The position numbers and the translations under genes are program-made. Shown one piece after another: positions 9,311 through 16,300 of a stretch of 24,000 nucleotides of DNA (position 1 is its first letter; each line of letters begins with the position of its first letter). Source of the DNA: an uncultured archaeon. GTDB lineage: Archaea; Nanobdellota; Nanobdellia; Pacearchaeales; GW2011-AR1. The stretch covers positions 127,596 through 151,595 of the forward strand of contig CABMHR010000002.1 in NCBI GenBank assembly GCA_902386025.1, written 5' to 3'. The notes beneath the pieces were generated by a model. That model made no database searches, was not told the DNA's origin, and saw only the letters and a program-made list of their open reading frames with translations.

Positions 9311-9601
9311 ATGAAAAGCTGGGATGAATTCAAGTCAAAAGATGCAGAAGAATTCAGGAAAGATGCAGAAACGCACGCAAAAAATACAGGAATAAAAGTT
9401 AATCCAGACAAAAGTGCAGTAGACACAATAATAAAAGGAATGTTCAAAAACAAAAAAGAAAAAGGCGAGCTTTACTGCCCGTGCAGAATTGTCACAGGAG
9501 ACAAGAAAAAAGACAGCGAGATTATCTGCCCGTGCGTTTTCCACAGAGGGGAAGTGGAGCTTGAGGGGCATTGCAGATGCTTTTTGTTTGTTTCAAAATA
9601 A
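9311..9601 (+). CDS. Ferredoxin-thioredoxin reductase catalytic-chain-like protein
   Basis: Start chosen at MKSWDEF within the ORF at 9296. Cysteine pattern LYCPCRIV...IICPCVFH...GHCRCFLF matches the FTR beta-chain cluster ligand/disulfide motif. Confidence 0.88.
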   Translation: MKSWDEFKSKDAEEFRKDAETHAKNTGIKVNPDKSAVDTIIKGMFKNKKEKGELYCPCRIVTGDKKKDSEIICPCVFHRGEVELEGHCRCFLFVSK

Positions 9602-9667
9602 TTCAGTTTTAATAAATAGATAAAAAAATGCATAAAAGTTTATTAACTTCTAATAAGGGGTAAATGA

Positions 9668-9886
9668 ATGAATTATGCTCAAATTCCGCAGGATAGTTTT
9701 TGTCTGGAATACAAAGCAAAATGCGAGTGGCATGAAAACTGCCCTGAAAAAGAAAACTGCGACGGAATATTAGGCTCAAATATAAACAGCAGATGCATGA
9801 TATTTATAGAAAAAGTGCATCAAGAGCAGATTCTGGCTTCCACAACAATTGACGATGTTGTTTCTGCTTCAAATTTTCCAAACTAA
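9668..9886 (+). CDS. Small Cys-containing hypothetical protein
   Basis: 72-aa ORF with FCLEYKAKCEWHENCPEKENCDG...RCMIF. Confidence 0.5.
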   Translation: MNYAQIPQDSFCLEYKAKCEWHENCPEKENCDGILGSNINSRCMIFIEKVHQEQILASTTIDDVVSASNFPN

Positions 9887-9962
9887 AAAATAGGAAAGTA
9901 AAACAAAATGCGGGTGAAAGTAAAATTGGAAATTTTACAATCATCCTTTTTTTAGAAAATAT

Positions 9963-10121
9963 TGCGGGTGAAAGGGTTCGAACCTTCGCAGGCACTAAGC
10001 CACAGGATTTCTTATCTCCTTCCCTAAAGGATTATCTCAAGGGAAAGTTGACTGTCAAGAAAACCGTTAGGTTGTCTTCCAATCTTAAGTCCTGCCCATT
10101 TGACCACTCTGGCACACCCGC
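9963..10121 (-). tRNA. tRNA-Leu(UAA) with a 75-nt intron (10009..10083) at position 37/38
   Basis: Acceptor GCGGGTG/CACCCGC, D stem CCA/TGG, anticodon arm CAGGA-CTTAAG-[intron]-A-TCCTG, variable arm GGC-TTAGT-GCC, T arm GAAGG-TTCGAAC-CCTTT and discriminator A. Spliced length is 84 nt and no CCA is encoded. Confidence 0.93.
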
Positions 10122-10170
10122 ATATGATAATACCAAAAAGAAACTATATAAAAACCTTTAGAATTTAATA

Positions 10171-11166
10171 TTAATCAAACAAGCTGGAGATAGAAAGCCC
10201 GTTTTGAGCCCTGTAAATCGCCTCTGCAAACAAGGAAGTTACATCAAGAATTTCAACTCCCTGAAGCTCGTCTTCTCTCCTGTAATGAGTGTTGCTTGTC
10301 ATTATCACATCAAATTTCTGCTTGATGTTTTCTGTTCCTTCTGTAAACAATCCGTGTGCTGCATAGCAGAATAATTTTTCGGCCCCGTTTTCTTTCAGCA
10401 AATCTGCTGCTTTTAGCAAAGTTTTTCCAGAATCAAGAATATCATCAACAATTAAAACATTTTTCCCCTTGACATCTCCCACAAGCTCCATTGAATTTAC
10501 TTCTCCTGCCTCCAATCTTTCCTTGCTGATAAGCGCTTGAGTGTAATTATGTTTTTCTGAATCCCCAAAATTTGCTTTTCTTAATCTTTTTGTGAATGCT
10601 CTAACCCTGTCAACTCCGCCTGTATCCGGAGAAACCACAACCAAATTTTCCAAATCACTGAAATATTTTTTTCTCAAATGAGAAACAGCAATAGGGAAGC
10701 TGTAAAGATTATCCAAAGGCATATTTTCTGGGTAAAATCCCTGAATCTGCGGAGCGTGCAAATCCATTGTGATTATCCTCTTCAGGTTTGGGGAAATTGT
10801 TCTTGCCACTGTTCTTGCTGAAATGGGAACGCGGGACTTGTCTTTTCTGTCTTTTCTTGAATAAAACATATCTGGGAGAACAAAACTGACTGATTCTGCA
10901 GAAGCGCTTAGCAACAAGTCCTTAACCAGCATAAGTTCAACCCACCAGTTTTGGGGGGCTTTTGTTGAGTCCTGTATATAAAAAATTTCTTTTCTTCTTA
11001 TGTTTTCAGGAGTGTATAAGTCCTCTTCTTTATTCCTAAAATAAGACAAAGACAGCTCTTTTAAAAGAACATCTTCTCCTTTTTCATTCTGTATATAATC
11101 CCTAATCTTATTTGAAAATTCCCAAGATTTTGATTTCGGGTCTGCAAGCAAGACAACTCCATCCAT
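10171..11166 (-). CDS. prs: Ribose-phosphate pyrophosphokinase-like protein
   Basis: 331 aa. VLPDMFYSRKDRKDKSRVPISARTVARTI, ITMDLHAPQIQGFY, VVVSPDTGGVDRVRAF, and the PRPP loop VLIVDDILDSGKT. Confidence 0.92.
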   Translation of the reverse strand: MDGVVLLADPKSKSWEFSNKIRDYIQNEKGEDVLLKELSLSYFRNKEEDLYTPENIRRKEIFYIQDSTKAPQNWWVELMLVKDLLLSASAESVSFVLPDMFYSRKDRKDKSRVPISARTVARTISPNLKRIITMDLHAPQIQGFYPENMPLDNLYSFPIAVSHLRKKYFSDLENLVVVSPDTGGVDRVRAFTKRLRKANFGDSEKHNYTQALISKERLEAGEVNSMELVGDVKGKNVLIVDDILDSGKTLLKAADLLKENGAEKLFCYAAHGLFTEGTENIKQKFDVIMTSNTHYRREDELQGVEILDVTSLFAEAIYRAQNGLSISSLFD

Positions 11167-11214
11167 AAAAAAAATTGCAAAAATTTATTTAAATTAATTG
11201 CGGTATTAAAAGAT

Positions 11215-12003
11215 ATGAATAGAAAAAGGGGAATTTTTCTGCTGATTTTTTTGATACTGGTTCTTTTTGCTGTCAATTACAAGTTTCTCGACGAAAAGAT
11301 TAAAGAGTTTTTGTATGAAAGTGATTCAGCAGTCGCTGAAAGGATAATTGACGGAGACACAATTGTCATAAATAACAATACTCACATAAGGCTGCTGGGG
11401 ATTAATACTCCTGAAAAAAAAGAATATTATCACTACGAAGCAATGAATTTTCTTTCGGGATTAATTCTTAATAAAACAATAAAACTGGAATACGGAAAAG
11501 AAAGGACAGACTTGTATGGAAGGACGCTTGCATATGTAATTCTAAACGGGGAAAATATTAATATTGAACAAGTAAGAAATGGATTTGCAAATTTTTACAT
11601 TTATGACAGAGACAAATATACTTCTGAACTTGAAAATGCATGGAATGAGTGCATTTCCAGCGGAAAAAATCTGTGCGAAAAGTCAAAAGATGAATGTGCA
11701 AATTGCATTGAATTAAAAAAGCTGGATGCAAAAAATCAGGAGATTATTCTCTACAATAACTGCAACTTTAACTGCAATCTTGCAGGTTGGAGCATCAAGG
11801 ATGAAGGAAGAAAAAATTTCTTTTTCCAAAAATTTGTTCTTGAACAAAACAAGGAAATAAAAATAATCACAGGAAATGAAACAGACAGCAGGGATATTTT
11901 GTTTTGGAGGGGGGAAGATTATGTCTGGACAGAAACAGGAGATAGTTTATTCTTAAGAGACGATAAAGGAAAGCTTGTGCTTTGGAAAGAAATTAACAGA
12001 TAA
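11215..12003 (+). CDS. Secreted or membrane-anchored thermonuclease-like protein with C-terminal lamin-tail-like domain
   Basis: N-terminal hydrophobic anchor, SNase motifs RIIDGDTIVINNNTHIRLLGINTPE and YGKERTDLYGRTLAYV, then an LTD-like IELKKLDAKNQEIILYNNCNFNCNLAGWSIKDEG...FFFQKFVL. Confidence 0.88.
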   Translation: MNRKRGIFLLIFLILVLFAVNYKFLDEKIKEFLYESDSAVAERIIDGDTIVINNNTHIRLLGINTPEKKEYYHYEAMNFLSGLILNKTIKLEYGKERTDLYGRTLAYVILNGENINIEQVRNGFANFYIYDRDKYTSELENAWNECISSGKNLCEKSKDECANCIELKKLDAKNQEIILYNNCNFNCNLAGWSIKDEGRKNFFFQKFVLEQNKEIKIITGNETDSRDILFWRGEDYVWTETGDSLFLRDDKGKLVLWKEINR

Positions 12004-12026
12004 AGAAAATTTTTAAAGAATGCCTG

Positions 12027-13193
12027 ATGGATAATCAGATGAAGAAATGGATATATGCTGGAATTTTTTCTTTAAGTGCATTTATTGCTGGATGCAAACC
12101 AAATCCTGCAATTCCAACTGTGAGTCCAAATATAGATATTGCCCCTGTAACTAACCTGTATGTCAATCCATCTTCTGGAGAAGAGCCTCTTTCTGTAAAT
12201 ATTAAAGTTAATGGAACAGACACAAATGGGAATGATGACATAAAAAAATATGATGCTTATATTGATATTGGAAATGACAAAATAATTGACGAGACAATTT
12301 CGCAGTCAGTTCCTATTGATGCAACAAGAACTTTTGACAAAGGAAATGTAATGATTTACGGGCAATGCACAGATTCTGGGGGATTGAAAGATAAAAAAGG
12401 GCTGGAAATAATTGTCTCTGAAAAAATTCCATTAAATCCGCCTGAAGCAATTCTTGATATTAATCCTCTTTCAGGGGAGCGTCTGCTTGAGGTGAATATA
12501 AAACTTAATGGAACAGGCAAAGATGGAAAGGACATAAAGTTATATCAAATTGAGATAGATGCAAAAGAAGACGGAATAATCGATGAAATAATTTCGCAGT
12601 CAGTTCCTATTGATGCAACAAGAACTTTTGACAAAGGAAATGTAATGATTTACGGGCAATGCACAGATTCTGGAAATTTAATTTCAGAAAGAGCAAATAA
12701 AGAAGTAGTTGTTTCAGAAAGAGCAGATTTGACTGCAAACATAACTCTTAATTTCAGCACAGATATAGGATATAAAATAGGAGACAAGTTAAATTTTTCA
12801 GGAATAGTGCAGAATAATACTTCAAATGAGATAATAGTTGATAATTCAAAAAAAGACAGCTTGGAATACAAACTTTTGAAAAATGGAGTAGAATTAATAC
12901 ACGAAAAGATGAATGAAGACGCACTTCTCAAACTGCGTCCTGAAGGAACAATAAAAGTTGAATACAACAATGATTTATTAACATTCACAGTAACAAATGC
13001 AAAAATAAATTACAAAGGGCTGGAAATAGATACAGACTGGCTTGATAACGAGAAATATCAATATTCTTCAAATCAAAGCAGCTACAAATTTGCAGAGAGC
13101 GGAAATTATTTGATTGAAACAGATTTAAAATATTCTGTGAATAACAATGCTTATTCAGTAAAGTTTACAAAAGATTTTATTGTTGAGGAATAG
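12027..13193 (+). CDS. Putative lipoprotein with tandem PKD-like domains
   Basis: Lipobox-like FIAGC near the N-terminus (likely start Met at 12039). Two related units (YVNPSSGEEPLSVNIKVNGT... and LDINPLSGERLLEVNIKLNGT...) share the identical ISQSVPIDATRTFDKGNVMIYGQCTDSG. Confidence 0.75.
   Translation: MDNQMKKWIYAGIFSLSAFIAGCKPNPAIPTVSPNIDIAPVTNLYVNPSSGEEPLSVNIKVNGTDTNGNDDIKKYDAYIDIGNDKIIDETISQSVPIDATRTFDKGNVMIYGQCTDSGGLKDKKGLEIIVSEKIPLNPPEAILDINPLSGERLLEVNIKLNGTGKDGKDIKLYQIEIDAKEDGIIDEIISQSVPIDATRTFDKGNVMIYGQCTDSGNLISERANKEVVVSERADLTANITLNFSTDIGYKIGDKLNFSGIVQNNTSNEIIVDNSKKDSLEYKLLKNGVELIHEKMNEDALLKLRPEGTIKVEYNNDLLTFTVTNAKINYKGLEIDTDWLDNEKYQYSSNQSSYKFAESGNYLIETDLKYSVNNNAYSVKFTKDFIVEE
12296..12379 (+). 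repeat. 84-bp perfect direct repeat, copy 1
   Basis: Identical to 12590..12673 by base-by-base reading. Confidence 0.95.
12590..12673 (+). repeat. 84-bp perfect direct repeat, copy 2
   Basis: Identical to 12296..12379, offset 294 bp (98 codons, in frame). Confidence 0.95.
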
Positions 13194-13234
13194 TTAGATT
13201 TAAATATTACAATAGACAAATTTTAACAAGAAAA

Positions 13235-14788
13235 ATGAGGAAATTAATTTTCACATTAATGTCTGCAGTTCTTTTAATTAGTTTTATAAGCGCCTGCACT
13301 CCGCTTGAGAATTTTATGTCTCCAGAAGCGACAAATATGACAATAATAATCACGCAGGATACAACAACAGATTTATTTTCTATGAATACTGCAGGATTCA
13401 GCTGGGATACTCAAAGTATTGCTATTCCTGATTTTGCTACAATTAGTATTCCAATATCAAAAATATTAGAAGGGGTGAATTTAAGGGCAGATTTAAAGGA
13501 CGGAGAATCACTGCCTGTATTTTCAAATGTCCAGCTTTCAAATGAACAATTCCCTATAAAGGTAGGAAAAGGAGATAGTTCTATTTCTGATGTTGCATTA
13601 TTGAATCTTCTTGGAGGAGATTTTACAGGGGAAATATCCCAAGATACAAACGAGCTTAATTTACTTGTGCAAAAAGCTCCATCTCTTACAACAAAAGCAG
13701 ACGGAAATTATTATTTCATTAAAGACGGAACAGATTATACTTTTGGATATGACAAAGGATTTGGAGACATACCAAGCGAATACAAGAATAATATAGCTAA
13801 AGCAATTGAAGATGGGGTTAATTCAATTAATCTTCAAACACTTATAGAAAACAACCTTTTCCCATCATTAAATCTTGATAGCCAATTATCTTTTCTTCAG
13901 CAGTTAGGATTTACTTCATCCGTTGATTTTGAAAATGCTGTCCTTGAAGGCACAGATTCTGAAGTAAGCGTTGATTTGTCAAGTGTTGAGTTTCAGGACG
14001 GAACTTATCACATACCTGTAACAATAACTCCTTCATCTGGAGAAAGCCCTGTAACAAAAAACATAACTGTGATATTAAATGGGATAGTTAATGAAGGGAG
14101 CGATAAAACAACCAGCGACATATACATCCCTTCAGGATTTGGAATTAAAGATTTAATAAACCAAATAAAAGGGCTTCCTGTAGGAACAACAATACAAATT
14201 AGTGTATCTGATATTCAGCCTTCTGGATTAAGCAATCTTGGACACACTAATATGCTGAAATATTTTGTAATAAATGTCAGCCAAGAGCCAAGTTCTGATG
14301 CGCAAATAGATTTCACAATTCTAAAATCTTACATAAATGATGCTGACAAAATCAGTTTATATGTATGGGGGCCTGCAAGTTCTTCTTGGACTAAGCTTTC
14401 AACAACTTTTTCAGGCTCAACTGCAGACGGATTGTCTTATTCATTTTATGCAATAACACCTCACTTCTCAACATTTATGGTTGGAGAAGACACAAGCTCT
14501 ACAAATACAGTGCATCATCATATAGGAATGACTACTTTGATATCTTCGCCAGAAAATAATAATGCTTCTGCTAAACCAGAAGAGAGCCCAATAACTCTTG
14601 AAAACCCTCCAGCAAAAGAAGGATTATTTGCAAGAATAGGGAAATTTCTGACAGGTGCAGTAACAGGAGTTGGAAATGCAGTGAAGCAGAATCCAGTAAT
14701 GGGAGTTGCAGCATTGCTTACTTTCTTTATAGCAGTTGTTGGAGTAACAATTACTTCTATAAAGTTCAGAAGAAGAGCCAGAAAGTAA
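13235..14788 (+). CDS. Surface protein with lipobox, PGF-pre-PGF-like domain and C-terminal TM
   Basis: N-terminal LLISFISAC lipobox-like signal; LKYFVINVSQEPSSDAQIDFTILKSYIND...ISLYVWGPASSSWTKLSTTFSGSTADGLSYSFYAITPHFSTFMVGE resembles PGF-pre-PGF; C-terminal hydrophobic helix followed by RRRARK. Confidence 0.75.
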   Translation: MRKLIFTLMSAVLLISFISACTPLENFMSPEATNMTIIITQDTTTDLFSMNTAGFSWDTQSIAIPDFATISIPISKILEGVNLRADLKDGESLPVFSNVQLSNEQFPIKVGKGDSSISDVALLNLLGGDFTGEISQDTNELNLLVQKAPSLTTKADGNYYFIKDGTDYTFGYDKGFGDIPSEYKNNIAKAIEDGVNSINLQTLIENNLFPSLNLDSQLSFLQQLGFTSSVDFENAVLEGTDSEVSVDLSSVEFQDGTYHIPVTITPSSGESPVTKNITVILNGIVNEGSDKTTSDIYIPSGFGIKDLINQIKGLPVGTTIQISVSDIQPSGLSNLGHTNMLKYFVINVSQEPSSDAQIDFTILKSYINDADKISLYVWGPASSSWTKLSTTFSGSTADGLSYSFYAITPHFSTFMVGEDTSSTNTVHHHIGMTTLISSPENNNASAKPEESPITLENPPAKEGLFARIGKFLTGAVTGVGNAVKQNPVMGVAALLTFFIAVVGVTITSIKFRRRARK

Positions 14789-14846
14789 GATTTCTAAACA
14801 GAAGCTAAATAGGAAGAATTTTAAACCTGTTAATAATTAAAAAAAG

Positions 14847-15263
14847 ATGAAATATCCTTACCAAGATGAAGATTCTTTCTTTAAAGAACAGAAGAGGATG
14901 ATAGACGAATTAGAAACATCTAAAGAAGAAAAAGAAAGACTTTATTCTCTTCTTGATGAAACTGTTAAGAATAATGAATATATGAAAAGTATGCAAATGA
15001 GAGATGAATACCTTAATTTTACAGAGAAACTAGCATATTTAGTAAGCGAAGCAGCAAGAATAGTGGAAATTAACTCAAAAACAAGGCAATCATTGAAAAT
15101 AGCATCTATAAATGCAAAGATTAATGCAATAAAGATAAATGAAGCATCCAGACAAATTACAGAATTAAGCGATAGGATTGTGGAAAGCGTTAAAGGAGAA
15201 GAGAGAAGAAGAGTTCTTAATGAAATAACAAACGGAATGATTAATCAGTATAATAAAGATTAG
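14847..15263 (+). CDS. Hypothetical coiled-coil protein
   Basis: 138 aa, heptad-rich and charged (DEDSFFKEQKRMIDELETSKEEKERLYSLLDETVKNN...). Confidence 0.65.
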   Translation: MKYPYQDEDSFFKEQKRMIDELETSKEEKERLYSLLDETVKNNEYMKSMQMRDEYLNFTEKLAYLVSEAARIVEINSKTRQSLKIASINAKINAIKINEASRQITELSDRIVESVKGEERRRVLNEITNGMINQYNKD

Positions 15264-15315
15264 ATATAATTCTAATACATATAAATTAATAAATAACTCT
15301 TTATGGGGGTTAGAC

Positions 15316-15768
15316 ATGAATAAACTGACAACTTTGTTGTGTTCAGTAGCATTAACGGCAACAGCTTTTGCTTCTCCCCCAGAATCAATAATTCCTAAAA
15401 GTGATCCTTATTTTTACATCCCCCGTGAAGTATGGGAGGCAACAGGCCCAGTTTATGTAATAGAAGAAGCTGATAAAAACAGAAGCTCTGGGATATATTG
15501 GTGGGATAAAAATTTAAACAGGGAAATAGATGAATACGAGATATACCCTTATATTCCTCTTGAACCTTACGAAAAAAATCAGCTTTACATTTTTGATTAT
15601 AGCGAAAAAGGATTATTTGAAACTTATTGGTGGGATAAAAATTCAGATAATGAACAGCAGGAAGATGAAATTTTTGTAGATATTAATGGGGACGGAATTC
15701 CAGATTGCAATTTTCTTGAATATTGCAGAGCTATTGAAGCAGAAAAAAGAGCCGCAAATATAGTTTAA
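15316..15768 (+). CDS. Secreted protein of unknown function
   Basis: N-terminal signal peptide MNKLTTLLCSVALTATAFA. Two YWWDKN segments, followed by VDINGDGIPDC, which resembles a calcium-binding loop. Confidence 0.7.
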   Translation: MNKLTTLLCSVALTATAFASPPESIIPKSDPYFYIPREVWEATGPVYVIEEADKNRSSGIYWWDKNLNREIDEYEIYPYIPLEPYEKNQLYIFDYSEKGLFETYWWDKNSDNEQQEDEIFVDINGDGIPDCNFLEYCRAIEAEKRAANIV

Positions 15769-15809
15769 TACCAGATAAAGTTTAAATATTCATTTTAATT
15801 ATTACAGTT

Positions 15810-15944
15810 ATGACAGGGGTGATTGAAAAATTCCAAATTTGGGTTCTGCCGGTAACTTTAATCCTATTCCCAATTGAAGTTTTTTTGTTCTTTATGGGAA
15901 TTAATGGTATTGTTAGATTCAGGGAAATCATCAGATTGCTGTAA
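15810..15944 (+). CDS. Short hydrophobic ORF, 44 aa, not in the supplied track
   Basis: ATG...TAA encodes MTGVIEKFQIWVLPVTLILFPIEVFLFFMGINGIVRFREIIRLL. An AT-rich TATA-like tttaaatatt lies about 25-30 nt upstream. Confidence 0.4.
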   Translation: MTGVIEKFQIWVLPVTLILFPIEVFLFFMGINGIVRFREIIRLL

Positions 15945-15950
15945 CAAAAC

Positions 15951-15960
15951 ACTTATATAG
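15951..15960 (+). promoter_or_regulatory. Putative archaeal TATA box for the SRP RNA
   Basis: 'acttatatag' lies about 25 nt upstream of the presumed RNA 5' region (gtagactaggttgg). Confidence 0.55.
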
Positions 15961-15974
15961 ACTTATTTTATCAT

Positions 15975-16205
15975 ATTTCTGTAGACTAGGTTGGCGGGTT
16001 AGCCCTCCGCTGTTTGCAAGCGGGCTTTATGCAGACTGCAAGAAGGCGAGTGATTGAATGTCAAAAAGTCTTTATTCGGACGTTGACGCTTTGCCTGTTT
16101 TGATCTTGCAGATGCGAAACGGGTCAGGTCTTGATCGAAGCAGCCCTAAACATTTGTTGAGATGCTTGACAGAAAACAAAGCAGAGAAAGAATAGAGGAA
16201 GCTTT
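15975..16205 (+). ncRNA. Archaeal SRP RNA (7S RNA); ends approximate
   Basis: 5' domain 'actaggttggcgggttagccctccgctgtttgcaagcgggctttatgcagactgcaag' resembles archaeal 7S RNA. Core 'gggtcaggtcttgatcgaagcagccc' aligns with the SRP54-binding helix 8 consensus GGTCAGGTCCGGAAGGAAGCAGCC. A TATA box lies upstream and T runs follow. Confidence 0.9.
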
Positions 16206-16300
16206 TTGGTTTTTATGAGCAAACCTTCGAGTCTACACTTTTTAAAAAAAATTTTCTTTATTCTCAAAAAGTTAATAAACTCTTTTTGCATTTTTATTGA

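Noticed and set aside
9804-9995. 63-aa minus-strand ORF overlapping the tRNA 3' end
   Set aside because: Overlaps tRNA-Leu and the 9668-9886 ORF; no supporting features.
10009-10083. Long variable arm or separate small RNA within the tRNA region
   Set aside because: Exact restoration of the anticodon stem and a BHB-type pairing make a tRNA intron the simpler explanation; a normal variable arm is present separately.
12650-12988. 112-aa minus-strand ORF
   Set aside because: Antisense inside the lipoprotein gene; includes reverse translation of the 84-bp repeat and no domain signal.
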